Virus record (IMG/VR): IMGVR_UViG_3300024322_000001
DNA from: a virus
Lineage: Duplodnaviria; Caudoviricetes
Direction: 5' to 3' (one strand)
Length of the DNA stretch: 64,000 nucleotides
Shown here: positions 27,164 to 38,400 of the stretch, piece by piece
Layout: each line of letters opens with the position of its first letter
How positions within the stretch are numbered: position 1 is the first letter of the stretch
The notes under the pieces: model-generated
Databases searched by the model: none
What the model was told of the DNA's origin: nothing
Seen by the model: only the letters and a program-made list of their open reading frames with translations
Translations under genes and position numbers: made by a program

Positions 27164-28236
27164 TAATCTAGTAAGTTTGGAGTTATAGGTGTTTCTTCTA
27201 AATCTCCTTCTTCAATAAGATCAAAGTCTATAGAACCGACTAACTTCAGCCAATGTTCTTTATGAGCATCTCTATATTTATCAATTGCTTTCTTATCATC
27301 TTCTATAAAGCCGTGTTGAGTCATTACAATTCTACCTCTAGATTGAACTCCTCCGATATGATTCTTCTCTACTTGAACGTTAGTACGTTTAGCAAATTCA
27401 ACTTGCATACCATTTTTTATAGCCTTAATCTTAGAAGTACCAGGATTAGTGATATTACCAAATGTAATAACTAACGTAGCATCATACCACATAGACATAC
27501 CTCCTTTATTCTGTAATTTCGGTTGTCCCATTGGATGTTCTGGTTTCATAGTCCAGACTTTATTAATAGCAACTAAAGTGTTGGTATAAGCGGCATTCTC
27601 TTTTCTCGATAATAAAATTTTCTGATTAAGGTTATTACCGAACTGAGTAGACATAGCACCTGCATTCCATTCGTTATTGTTCTTGTTAGAACGTACTGAA
27701 AGGTCGCATGGTACTGAGCCTATACTATCCCAGAAGAAACACATATCGTAAGGTAGATTACCTTTTGCTTGTTCATCCATTAGGTCTGCAATATAAACTG
27801 CTACATCTTCAATAGTATTGAGTTGACCTCTATCGGCATATAAGAAATGTCCTTCGTAATCGGTAACATTACCCTTGTCATCAGTAGTTTCTTCAAATTG
27901 AAGACCCATTTCCTTGGCATGATCCCATGACCATTTCATCTCAGTAATAATAAAGACAGGTAGTATGCCCATTTTTTGAGCATTAACTGCTGCTTCTATT
28001 AGAGCTGTTGTTTTACCGGTATCACTATGTCCTCGTAATAACGTAATATGACCAGTGGGGATGCCAGGTAGTGAGGTAATGTCCTGGAAAGCTTTAGATA
28101 AAGGAATCCATCCTTGTTCTTTAAACTTTACCGAAGCATTAGAAAAACCTTTCTTCTTTTTAAAATTCCCTAAATTAAACGACTTCTGAACTGCAGCAGT
28201 CGCTCTTGCTTGTACTTCTTCTTTTTTCTTTGCCAT
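27163..28236 (-). CDS. RecA/UvsX-like recombinase
   Basis: GHSDTGKTT, WDSIGS, KGG, VEKNH. Confidence 0.88.
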   Translation of the reverse strand: MAKKKEEVQARATAAVQKSFNLGNFKKKKGFSNASVKFKEQGWIPLSKAFQDITSLPGIPTGHITLLRGHSDTGKTTALIEAAVNAQKMGILPVFIITEMKWSWDHAKEMGLQFEETTDDKGNVTDYEGHFLYADRGQLNTIEDVAVYIADLMDEQAKGNLPYDMCFFWDSIGSVPCDLSVRSNKNNNEWNAGAMSTQFGNNLNQKILLSRKENAAYTNTLVAINKVWTMKPEHPMGQPKLQNKGGMSMWYDATLVITFGNITNPGTSKIKAIKNGMQVEFAKRTNVQVEKNHIGGVQSRGRIVMTQHGFIEDDKKAIDKYRDAHKEHWLKLVGSIDFDLIEEGDLEETPITPNLLD

Positions 28237-29036
28237 TATTCATTAAATAAGTCATCAAATTTACTAACTGTGTCTTTGTTGCCAGCCGTAGCTGTTTCCA
28301 AAGTAAAGTCTGTTTTTTGTTGACCTAAGCTTTCTGGCAGTTTATCATCTGTTTTAGTCGCAGGAGTACTTTCTTCTGCTGAACCTGGGTTAAGATAATT
28401 TTGAAGTTGTTTTTTAATAAACTCATAATCATACTGAGTATGTACTTCTGTAGGATTAGGTTGAGTTTTTAACCAAGTATCTACTTGATCATTATTATCC
28501 GATAGTGGAGTTTGTTTAGGTTTAATTCTAACCGAAGTTTCGGGGTAAGGGTTACCCTGTACTTGTTCTACAACTAAATCCCATCCGTTTATTACATCTG
28601 TAATGTCTCCTATATCTTCATCGGCAATTAGAGCAAGGAGTGCTCTATAAATCGTTACTCCGAATCCCCAAATACGTACACCTTTTTCTTCTTCTCCTCT
28701 TACTACAACAGGAGCAAAGATTCGTGTTTTAGGGTTAATTTTACCTGCTAGAGACCAATTGTCTTTATCAGATGTTTTTTTAAGCTCTTTTACAAATTCT
28801 TCAATAGGGTCTTGCTTACCAAAATTAGATAAAGCTACCATAGGGTACTTTCCAATACCGTAGTGGAACTTTAACTCTTTGAAAGGCATAGCAGGGTCGA
28901 AAGCAGATGGTACTAACCGTACTGTCTGTTTTCCTAATTCAGGTTTCCAAAAGATTTTTGAGTAGTCTGTTTTTTCTCTCTCCTGACCATTAGAGTTTAA
29001 GGCGTCTAGTTTAGCCTTGATAGCGTTAATATCCAT
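28236..29036 (-). CDS. single-stranded DNA-binding protein (gp32-like)
   Basis: FWKP, VR..P, DPI, WGFG, DITD..NG.D, acidic tail FDDLFNE. Confidence 0.8.
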   Translation of the reverse strand: MDINAIKAKLDALNSNGQEREKTDYSKIFWKPELGKQTVRLVPSAFDPAMPFKELKFHYGIGKYPMVALSNFGKQDPIEEFVKELKKTSDKDNWSLAGKINPKTRIFAPVVVRGEEEKGVRIWGFGVTIYRALLALIADEDIGDITDVINGWDLVVEQVQGNPYPETSVRIKPKQTPLSDNNDQVDTWLKTQPNPTEVHTQYDYEFIKKQLQNYLNPGSAEESTPATKTDDKLPESLGQQKTDFTLETATAGNKDTVSKFDDLFNE

Positions 29037-29092
29037 ATTGTAACATTTTTAATTTAAAACATTTATTATTAATACAATATACGAACTATAAT

Positions 29093-29548
29093 TTAGTTTT
29101 CCAACTCTATTATACGAAAAAGTTTTGTATTAATTCTTTTTAATTCTGATCCTTTAGTAAGTAGTACGCAGTTGCGGTAATCTGACCAGTTGATTCTGTA
29201 TGAAGTGTCTAATCTTCCGCCATTCAATTCTTTTATAAGAGTATTCAGTGCGTTGATTGTATACAGAGTATTGGATTCTTTCTTTCTATGAACTAAAATT
29301 GTATTATCTATAAAGTTAGATATATTTGCAAAATCTACATTATATGTACATATGTATTCATCTTGGCTTTTTGAATAAAGCACAAAAATCTTATTGTACA
29401 TAATCGAGTACTTCTCTTTTATAACCTGTAATGTAGGTTCTAAAGTTTCTTCAGTGGTAAAAGTGCAAAATAATTTATTGCTCATATCTTCGTTAATCCA
29501 TAATGGTTCGATATCATAATCAAACCGACTTTCTATAACATTTGTCAT
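29093..29548 (-). CDS. hypothetical phage protein
   Basis: 151-aa ORF in the replication module. Confidence 0.7.
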   Translation of the reverse strand: MTNVIESRFDYDIEPLWINEDMSNKLFCTFTTEETLEPTLQVIKEKYSIMYNKIFVLYSKSQDEYICTYNVDFANISNFIDNTILVHRKKESNTLYTINALNTLIKELNGGRLDTSYRINWSDYRNCVLLTKGSELKRINTKLFRIIELEN

Positions 29549-29570
29549 TTTATATAAATATAAGTTATTA

Positions 29571-30896
29571 TCATAAACTTAAATCTTTACTGTACTTAAA
29601 AGATACTGGGTATTTGCCACCTTCTTCCATTATAGATTTAATGTTTTCTAGTGTATCCTTACCGTCCTCTTTGTCAAAATCCATAATAATAGAATCGTAC
29701 GTGTATAGACTTATAGTTGTTTTTTTAGTCTGTAAATATTTTAGTAATTTTTTTAATACTACTATGTTTCTAGAAGTTTCTAATGATTGCATTACATAAT
29801 TCATTAACTTCTGTGGGTTCATTGCTTTTAAAGATGCTGTGAAAGGTTTTCCACTAATTGGTGCCAGGACTTCTCCGTCATCTTTGTATCGTTTCCATAA
29901 CTCTTTGATATAATCATCAATTCTTGTAAAGATTTCAAGGAAAGAGTACTTTTCTGGGATTTTTCCATAAATTGCGTGAAAGTTAATTTGTTTTGCTTCT
30001 TTGTATTCGTCATCTGTAATTTCTTTTTTGTTAAAGTATAATCTTGCTAGCTGTTTATGAGCCGAGTCTGATGTTAGTGCATATTCTATTTGCTCTGCTA
30101 GTAACCTTAAGTGGTATCCGTCAAAGTCAAATTCTACAAAATAATCGTTAGCTGGGGTAAAACATTTTCTATGTTCTTCCGTGTGAGGTATAGCTGCAAA
30201 GTTAACACTATTAAATGAATTAGTCGGTCTTGAGGTTGTATTGTATAAATTATATTGAGTTAAAACTTTATTGTCTAATGTATTATATAGCGTATTTTTT
30301 GGTTTAAATATAGAATTAAAAGCATCGTATTTAATACCTACCCCTGATTGTTCTAATAAAAAGAATACGTTAGTAGCAGTTTTATTATAAAAATCAAATC
30401 CATTTGGTATCTCATAATCTATTACTTCTTTTATTGAGCTGTAGATATTCTCTGATACTTCGTATAGTTTACTTAGAGGTATTATTTGATTTATATTTGC
30501 AATATCGTTATACCTACTGTAAAAAGGGTTAATTAATTTATTCAATCTACTATATTCTAATTTGTCATATTTACTCATTGAATATAGAAGTGAAAGGTCT
30601 ATTGCACCCTGTAGATTAAAGTGGTATAGAAGTTCTTTTTTATTTAATGTATACAGTTTCTCTGTAGAAGATAATATACTGTAGACACGTTCTTTATCAA
30701 CATTGATACCTTCATCATGGTTAATTGGAATTATATAGCCTTTATCTGAATGTAGTAATTTTATGTATACTGCTACAGTTGAAGTAAGTTTTGGGTGGTA
30801 GTTGAAATTAGTGGGTATTATATCTACATAGCATCCTAACCTAATTAACTTCTCTATAGCATCTAAGCTATTATTTTTTTCTATTATATAAAACAC
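29571..30896 (-). CDS. second, short and divergent family A DNA polymerase-like protein
   Basis: TSRP, NFAAIP, motif A EFDFDGYHLR, motif B KEAKQINFHAIYG, NYVMQ, motif C YTYDS; GTG start. Confidence 0.8.
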   Translation of the reverse strand: MFYIIEKNNSLDAIEKLIRLGCYVDIIPTNFNYHPKLTSTVAVYIKLLHSDKGYIIPINHDEGINVDKERVYSILSSTEKLYTLNKKELLYHFNLQGAIDLSLLYSMSKYDKLEYSRLNKLINPFYSRYNDIANINQIIPLSKLYEVSENIYSSIKEVIDYEIPNGFDFYNKTATNVFFLLEQSGVGIKYDAFNSIFKPKNTLYNTLDNKVLTQYNLYNTTSRPTNSFNSVNFAAIPHTEEHRKCFTPANDYFVEFDFDGYHLRLLAEQIEYALTSDSAHKQLARLYFNKKEITDDEYKEAKQINFHAIYGKIPEKYSFLEIFTRIDDYIKELWKRYKDDGEVLAPISGKPFTASLKAMNPQKLMNYVMQSLETSRNIVVLKKLLKYLQTKKTTISLYTYDSIIMDFDKEDGKDTLENIKSIMEEGGKYPVSFKYSKDLSL

Positions 30897-30939
30897 TTAA
30901 CTGTAACCTTTTAGTTAAATATAATATAAGAAAAATATT

Positions 30940-31473
30940 TTAAACTACAAACTCATCTAAAGCAAATAAGTATTCTTCTATTCCTTTGAATGCTTTTTTA
31001 TGTTTATTTATAGTTTCTCTGTTTCTAGTAGCGGCTCCTTTATACAGATAGTTGTTATAGAGTGTATCTTCAACAGGACCTTCTATCCACCATTCCAATT
31101 CCAACCCCATATACGAAGGGTACTTTTTTAAATTGTTAAATTCTTTACGGTTTAGCTCTATAATCTTACCAGAGCGTTTATCTCTTGAGAAATACCTTTT
31201 AAATTTTTTACTTTCGTAATCTTTTTCAGTAGGTATTACTAAACTAGGTTGTGGTTTTAATTCTCTACTACTTTCTTTTTCTTTCTTCAGTAGTACACTT
31301 TCAAAAATTAATTGACGTCCTGCTTCTTTAGGGAACCTTCCTTCATATAATTCATCCTTATATGTAACAAAGTACTTTCCTTTATAAATTTCTTTAGTAT
31401 CAAGCACAAGCACTTTTTTCGCTCCATCGGCGGCTGTAAAAGGTCCTTTATATTTTGATTTAGGTAAATACAT
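30940..31473 (-). CDS. hypothetical protein (end of baseplate operon)
   Basis: 177-aa basic ORF. Confidence 0.65.
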   Translation of the reverse strand: MYLPKSKYKGPFTAADGAKKVLVLDTKEIYKGKYFVTYKDELYEGRFPKEAGRQLIFESVLLKKEKESSRELKPQPSLVIPTEKDYESKKFKRYFSRDKRSGKIIELNRKEFNNLKKYPSYMGLELEWWIEGPVEDTLYNNYLYKGAATRNRETINKHKKAFKGIEEYLFALDEFVV

Positions 31474-31476
31474 TTT

Positions 31477-33705
31477 TTATTCTTGTGATAGTATTATTGC
31501 GTTAGCTTCTATAGTCGTGTACCACACGTTATTTGATATTTGGTGGGAAACATTGCTTATTTGAAATCCAACTTTTATTTTATCGGAGTAAGCAGAAGGT
31601 AATATTTGATCAGGTAATGTAAAATACTGAAGAGATTTCAAACCTCCAATTCCTATCATAGTCAAAGATACTTTAGCACCGATATGGCCCCTTTTAGGTT
31701 TAGTCTCCTTTAAGGTATCGTTTAACGCTTTCCTAATAATTGAAGTACCGTTTGCGTATGCTTCTGTAACCTTGGTTTCATCATATTTAAACTTAGAATA
31801 TAACTCCTTAAACGCACCTTCCACTGTTGCTTTTGTCTCAGCTTCTGCTTTCGCTCTTTTTTGAGCATACTCAGTTATTTCTTCTCCTTTCTCATCTTCA
31901 AATCTAGATGATACTCCTTTATTAAATGCAGCTAAACCTGTTGAAGCCATCTTTCCTGCAGATGCCCCTGATATGATTGCTTGGCTTGTTATTAAGTTAA
32001 TCATCGAATTGGAAAGTTCACTTTTAAAAGAGAAATCTGTTACAAATGAGGCTTTACCTCTTGGTGTTATCATTTTATATGTTTCTGGTTGTCCTTCAGG
32101 TCTTGGCAGTACTTGTAAATCTATTACCCTACTAGGTCCTAATTCTTTTTTTAGGTAAAAATCATTATAGAGTACAAATTCATTTATTCCTCCTAAACTT
32201 GCAGTTACCTTATCTAAAATGATATTCAAATATTCTCCAATACTTTTTTGTGATTCATTATTTTTTCCAGATGGCTCTACTACTTTTTTATAGTCTTGAT
32301 ATAAGAAATCAGTACATAACTGTATATCTAATATATCAGCAGCTGTCTTTTTATCTTTACTGAAACCTTTAATGGTAGTGGTTTTTAATCCAAAATCACC
32401 CGTCTGTTGGGGAAGTAAGCAGATATATGGATCTATGCTAAAATGATTATCGTAGGTTAAGTAGAAATCCTGTTCAGGTGTTGTATTAAACTTACCTTCG
32501 GGTACTATAGTTCCTGAGGAGGGACGGGGTAGGAAGAAGTAGTTTATCATCCCTAAGAAGAATCTCATACTAATGTAATTGAAATTTTTATTACCTGCTT
32601 CTTTATTTACATCAGCAAAACCTGCTCTATAGACTTTGAATTCAAAACTATCTCCTTCTGTGGATAATAGTTCAGTTATTCCATCCATTTGAGTTTTATA
32701 TTTTTCAAGTCCAGAGTTGATAGGTCCCATATCGCATTCTTCTACGATATTATTTTCATCTGTGTTTTCTTGTTTACCTTTAGTATCAGCTTGTGATATC
32801 CTCTTTAAGATCCCACCGAAAGAACTCTCAGGGGTACTTTCAAATTCTACACCTGGGTCAAGTTTAGTACCGTCTTCGTGTTCTGTACCTCCATAAACTT
32901 TCTTGATAAATGTAGATACAGCCCCTTTACCTAAAAGTTGTATATCAACTGTATACCCATCTTTTTCGGCACTCCAATTATAATTCTTTATCATGCCAAG
33001 CATATAATCATAATTGTTCTGTGATGACTTTATAAGCTCACTGCCTTTTTCTTTTATTTTTTCTTCTTTTAAATCATCACCAGACGGTACTTCATCTGAA
33101 AATATAGTTTCTGGGTTGTATACTTTTTTGTCATCTAGTTTTGATTTATTACCTGTACCGTAAATAACATGACCCCATTCTACTAAACATTTGAAACCGG
33201 GTCTTAAGTATAATTTTTCGAGTATAGAAAGTTGTTCTAAACTAAAGCATTTTACTTTTATAGAAACGTTACGTGTAAAGCCACTATTACCTGTGTTCTT
33301 AACACTAAAGTCTACTATACCGGGCATTGGGACGTACCCTTCTGCAGGTTTATCTTTTACTTCTCCTGATACTCCATGGGCAAAGTTATACGCTCCTGAA
33401 TTGTTCTCGCTTATGAATGGGTTATCGTTCAATCCTGCTCTCTTACTCTTACCTTTATATAAAACCCCTCCTAAAAGTATATTGTTATGAGCAGCATTAG
33501 GAACATCTTTTACTTCTATACCTGATGTTAATTTTACAAAGGAATTATTTGCATTCAAATACTGTGTCAGGAAATCTCCGTCTCCTGTATATGTTAAGTC
33601 TTTTGCGTAAAGTTTTTCTCTTACTTCTAATTGCTCTCTAACACTTACGTCTAAAGTAGATAATGACGGTAGAGGTCTTTCAAAAAATACTCCTTCTTTT
33701 GCCAT
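31477..33705 (-). CDS. putative baseplate hub protein
   Basis: PMPGI, YLRPG...VEWGH, VSHQIS...WYTTIEA; lies downstream of the LysM/gp53-like gene. Confidence 0.55.
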   Translation of the reverse strand: MAKEGVFFERPLPSLSTLDVSVREQLEVREKLYAKDLTYTGDGDFLTQYLNANNSFVKLTSGIEVKDVPNAAHNNILLGGVLYKGKSKRAGLNDNPFISENNSGAYNFAHGVSGEVKDKPAEGYVPMPGIVDFSVKNTGNSGFTRNVSIKVKCFSLEQLSILEKLYLRPGFKCLVEWGHVIYGTGNKSKLDDKKVYNPETIFSDEVPSGDDLKEEKIKEKGSELIKSSQNNYDYMLGMIKNYNWSAEKDGYTVDIQLLGKGAVSTFIKKVYGGTEHEDGTKLDPGVEFESTPESSFGGILKRISQADTKGKQENTDENNIVEECDMGPINSGLEKYKTQMDGITELLSTEGDSFEFKVYRAGFADVNKEAGNKNFNYISMRFFLGMINYFFLPRPSSGTIVPEGKFNTTPEQDFYLTYDNHFSIDPYICLLPQQTGDFGLKTTTIKGFSKDKKTAADILDIQLCTDFLYQDYKKVVEPSGKNNESQKSIGEYLNIILDKVTASLGGINEFVLYNDFYLKKELGPSRVIDLQVLPRPEGQPETYKMITPRGKASFVTDFSFKSELSNSMINLITSQAIISGASAGKMASTGLAAFNKGVSSRFEDEKGEEITEYAQKRAKAEAETKATVEGAFKELYSKFKYDETKVTEAYANGTSIIRKALNDTLKETKPKRGHIGAKVSLTMIGIGGLKSLQYFTLPDQILPSAYSDKIKVGFQISNVSHQISNNVWYTTIEANAIILSQE

Positions 33706-33707
33706 AA

Positions 33708-34013
33708 CTATCTAATTTCATTTAACTTATTGTATCTATCTATTACAGTTTGAGGGTTAGCTGGTATTCTTAATTGAAGTCCAGGTTTAGCAGATAAGGA
33801 ATCTGTGTTAGTGCCTGGGTTTGCTGTAGAGATGATCCACCATAGTGATTTATCTCCGTAAAACTGTTGTGCTAGGGTATCGTACCTATCTCCTCCTGTG
33901 GCGATTACATATGTGTCATCAGCAGTAGCAGGAATATCGGGATATACAGCGTTAAATACATACCTTCTACCTGTTTCTGTATTAGAGGTTTTTATTTTGT
34001 TATACCTGTTCAT
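33708..34013 (-). CDS. LysM/gp53-like baseplate wedge protein
   Basis: GDRYDTLAQQFYGDKSLWWIISTAN, GLQLRIP. Confidence 0.85.
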   Translation of the reverse strand: MNRYNKIKTSNTETGRRYVFNAVYPDIPATADDTYVIATGGDRYDTLAQQFYGDKSLWWIISTANPGTNTDSLSAKPGLQLRIPANPQTVIDRYNKLNEIR

Positions 34014-34016
34014 ATA

Positions 34017-35243
34017 TTACGAATCCTTCCACGGGTTATTAATTCGATCCGGGTTTAATGCCGGTGCCTTTTGAAATAAAGAATCTGGACCTGGTGCTTT
34101 TTTCTCTTCATCCCAATCGTGATATCCTATAAACGGTGTATCGCCTGTTGTTGGTACAAAATTATGAATAGCGCCTAATGTCATACTTACATCTAATACG
34201 TGAGGGAGTATTTGAACATCACCTTCTTTATCGCCTCGCAATTTTACTTCCCATGGGTACTCTATAGCCCATGAAAAAGCTACACTTTCTACGTTACATG
34301 TTTGATTATGCAAGTAATCCCCAACTCTAACTTTAACTAGAGTTCCTCTCATAAAGACACCTGAATTGTCAAAAGTTGGTGCTGTCGTTGAGGCTAATCT
34401 ATTAAGTTTTCTATATAGAGGAAGTAAATCCTTTCTAGTTTCAGCTGCGATTTTAAAACCTAAATTTATATTTCTTTCGAATCCGTTATAACTTTTAAAA
34501 TTTTCAGGCCTGCCTAACATTTGTGTTTTATTCCATTGACCTGAATAGGAATCACTAAGTGATGAAAGATAAGCTCTAAATTGCATACTATCACCACCTA
34601 TAATTCGAAATCCAAATGGTATAATATCACTTGATTCGTCTATTTCTCCTTCGTTATAATTAACTTTATCGTATGCATTTGAGTTATTTGGTTTTTCTAG
34701 GTAGTCTATTTTGCCGAATTTTTTTGCTTCTTCATCTCCTACTTTTAGCTTTTTTGACTTCTTTACTCCTTGAGATATTTGAGTTGAGTGAGATGGGCTT
34801 CTCATTTTCTTTTTTACAACTTCATCAATAGAAGTTAAATACTGACGATCATCTCCATCTGTCTCCAGTAATCCTTTAAATGTATGTATACCTAAGCCGT
34901 TAACTGCTGTTTGTGCTGTATTAGTAACTGCGGTGGCAAGAATATCTTTTGCGTTTCTTAGAACATCTTTTTCTGCGTTATCATATAACTTACCTGTTTC
35001 GGCTGCAGAAATAGTAGTATGTAGTGCCTGTTTAGCAGCATGTGCTAAGCCAGGTTTAGCCACAACGAGTTTTGCCATTCGGACAACATCATCTAATCTC
35101 TTAGCTGCTTGTATACCGATAACATCAAAAGCGTTATTTCGTCCGCCTCGTTGATCTACATCTTTAACGACAAAAGGCTTCCTATTCAGCCCGCTCTCAA
35201 ATTTTAAAGACTTTAGATCTGTTTTTAGATCTACTAAAGCCAT
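34017..35243 (-). CDS. putative tail tube initiator/baseplate protein
   Basis: FRAYLSSLSDSY..W....GR...Y...R.I.L.F tube-like C-terminal domain; follows the tape measure gene. Confidence 0.6.
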   Translation of the reverse strand: MALVDLKTDLKSLKFESGLNRKPFVVKDVDQRGGRNNAFDVIGIQAAKRLDDVVRMAKLVVAKPGLAHAAKQALHTTISAAETGKLYDNAEKDVLRNAKDILATAVTNTAQTAVNGLGIHTFKGLLETDGDDRQYLTSIDEVVKKKMRSPSHSTQISQGVKKSKKLKVGDEEAKKFGKIDYLEKPNNSNAYDKVNYNEGEIDESSDIIPFGFRIIGGDSMQFRAYLSSLSDSYSGQWNKTQMLGRPENFKSYNGFERNINLGFKIAAETRKDLLPLYRKLNRLASTTAPTFDNSGVFMRGTLVKVRVGDYLHNQTCNVESVAFSWAIEYPWEVKLRGDKEGDVQILPHVLDVSMTLGAIHNFVPTTGDTPFIGYHDWDEEKKAPGPDSLFQKAPALNPDRINNPWKDS

Positions 35244-35244
35244 A

Positions 35245-35433
35245 TTACTGTGGAGGGTTATCCATGTATTTAGTTGGTACTGCTCCGTCTAAATCCAATA
35301 CAGAATGATCTGCTGTTTGAGTTTCACCGTTTACATGTACTTTAGAAGTATCTGCTGATGCTCCTTCTCTATTAGGTGGGGTTTCGCCGTTTAATCCTAA
35401 GTTTGTTGAGTTTAATGAATCAATAAGTGCCAT
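35245..35433 (-). CDS. small putative structural protein
   Basis: 62-aa ORF with a late-type motif upstream. Confidence 0.6.
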   Translation of the reverse strand: MALIDSLNSTNLGLNGETPPNREGASADTSKVHVNGETQTADHSVLDLDGAVPTKYMDNPPQ

Positions 35434-35478
35434 AATTGTTAATTTAATTGTTTAATATAATTATAAATATCTAGTTAT

Positions 35479-38400
35479 TTAGTATCGGGACCCTAAAGCT
35501 TTACCTACTTGGAATCCATCCATCTGTATTACAGTGTCTTTTCTATCTCCTAAAGCTTCGGCAAGTAAGAATGTTTGTCTTCTTAATTCTTTCATTTCTT
35601 TCCTATGTTCTTTAGATTGTTCTTGATTTATTTTTTTAAGCTCTTCTAATTCTCTGTTTGATGAGCTATCTATCGTAGATGTTAATCCTTCTAGCTCTTC
35701 ACTAAATATTGTTTTAGCTGCTATATCTACCTTTATTACCCCTTTACCTACTGTTTTAGCAAATGATCCAAGATCCTCTAATATACTCTTTGCATTAGAT
35801 AAATCTATAGAAGTAGCATCTTTTATTGCCAGCATTGATGTTCTTAAAGATTCAATTTTATTAGTATCTATATCTTCAAGTTTATTAAAAGCATCTATAC
35901 CGTTCCCTAAATCTTCAATACCGTCGTAGAACTTATCAGTATCATTATCAAAAGTACCTAAAGAAGTCATTGCCGTACCAAATGCTTGTAATGCTTCAGC
36001 GTTAGAAATTATTTTTTTTGTTTCTAGTTTAGCATTAGCAAATGCATTCATTTCTTCGTAAGGAATACCGCTAGTACCTCCTAAGGCATCCGTTATGCCG
36101 TCAACTAGTTCACTACCCATCTTACCTAACGACTTGAAGAACCCGCTAGGCACATCTTGAAGTGATGCCATTGCTAAAGCATAAGCTGTTAAAGCCTTTG
36201 CGTTATTACCTATTTTTTCAGCATCTAAATCAGCATTTTCTAATTCTTTTAATTTATCGTAAGGAATACCTCCTAAACCGATAGATTCAGCTAATCCAGT
36301 AACTAATTGACCAGCTGCTTTTCCTAATGAAGCTAAAAATCCACCTGCTTCTGATGATGCTAATTTAGCCATCGCTATGGCATACTCACTTATAGCTTCA
36401 GAATTATTTTTTATTTTATCTTTCTTAAAATCATATCCTTGGAAAATTTTAACTTTATCTAATGGAAGAGGCCCTCCAAGCCCAGCCATTAATCCATCTG
36501 CAAGGTTACCTGCTATGGATGATAAAGATGCTACAGATGATGCAGCTGAACCTCCTGCTAATTTAGCCATACCGATTGCATAACTAGCTATTGCAGAGGC
36601 ATTATTTTTAACTTTCTTAGGGTCGAAGTTATACTTTTGAAATTTATCTACTTTATCTAATGGAAGAGGGCCTCCTACTCCTGCTACAATTCCGTCTACT
36701 ACTGAACCACTTAAAGCTGCTAGCGATGCTACGGATGATGCTGCTGCTCCTCCTGCTAAAGCAGCCATACCTAATGCATAACTTGCTAATGCTGATGCAT
36801 TATTTTTAACTTTATCAGCATCGAAATTATATGTTTGGAATTTAGAAACTTTATCTAATGGAAGAGGGCCTCCTATTCCTGCTACTATTCCATCTACTAG
36901 TGAGCCACCCAGGCCAGCTAAAGAAGATAATGAAGATGCTGCTGATCCTCCTGCTAATGCAGCCATGCCTCTTGCATAACCTGCTATTGCACGAGCGTTA
37001 TTTTCAACTTTATCAGCATCTAAGTTATACTTACCGAATTGCTGTACTTTATCCATTGGAAGATCACCTCCTAGTGTAGATGTAAGTCCGTCTAAGAGTG
37101 CACCGCCTAGGTTAGCTAAACTGGCAATTCCACCGCCTGCTGCTCCGCCAGCTAAAGCTGCCATACCTACTGCGTATCCAGCTACTGCCCGGGCATTGTT
37201 CTCTATCTTATCAGCGTCTAAATTCCACTTACCGAATGCTTGTACTTTATCCATAGGTAGACCTCCTCCTAGCGATGCTGTAAGTCCGTCTAAGAGTGTG
37301 CTACCTAGATTTGCTAATCCTGCTACGGCGCCAGCACCTGCTCCAACTGCTAGTGCTCCCATTGCAAGAGCATATGCTACTACTCCTTTGGCATTATTTT
37401 CTATTTTACCGGCATCAAAGTCATAATTTTTTCCAAACTTCTCTACCTTTTTAAGCATTTCATCAATACCGTCACCACCGAAAAATGATCCAATAGCTCC
37501 CATTAGTCCACCTACTGCTTGAGCTGCTGTACCTGCTGCCATAGCGGTAAGTCCAAGTCCAACTGCTGCCATTCCAGCTCCTGCTTTTATAAGTGCAGAA
37601 CCGTCTAATTCTGCAATTGATTCCATTCCTTTGGCCAATGTTGGTAACGATTTACCCATTAACCAAGAAGCTCCTGCAATACCGGCGCCAATTAATGTAA
37701 TAGCAGCTCCTAGTACTGCTGCACCAGCAAGAACCTGGCCAGAACCAAATGCTTTTATACCAAAAGCTAAACCTTCAAGGATACCTTTTATACCTTTTCC
37801 TATTCCTTTAGCAAAATCGCCTATTCCTTTTCCTATACCCTTTAGCATTCCACCAACACCTCCTGCGGCGCCTCCACCTGCTGCGGACTTACCTGGTGCC
37901 TTTGCAAATCTACCCATTTTGTCTCTAAACCCGGAAGGAGAAGATGCAGATTTTACTAAATCTCCAGAACCTCTCTTCTTAAATACTGATGTTAGCTTGC
38001 TTAATATTCCTCCTCCACCTGCAGCAGCAGCACCTCCTTTTTTGTTTTTAAACATTGAAGTGAATTTGCTGAGTATTCCGGCGGTCTTATCACCTATGTT
38101 TTTTACAAACATTGGCATCATAGGAGTACCTCTCATTTTCTTAAAAATACCACCTATTGCAGAAAGACCTTTAAATCCTATGGTTAAAGCTCCACCTGTC
38201 ATTGTGGCAGCTCCTAATAGCATACCTAACATACTTCCTTTGCCTAACGTATTTTTAAATACTGTATCACCTCCGGTAAATGCATCTTTAAATGTCTTTA
38301 TTACTAGGTCTTTTATTCTGCCTAGTGAACCCATTATATCTTTAGGATCAAATGCATCTCTAATAAGATTGAAAAATTTAAATGCTCCTAATGATAAATC

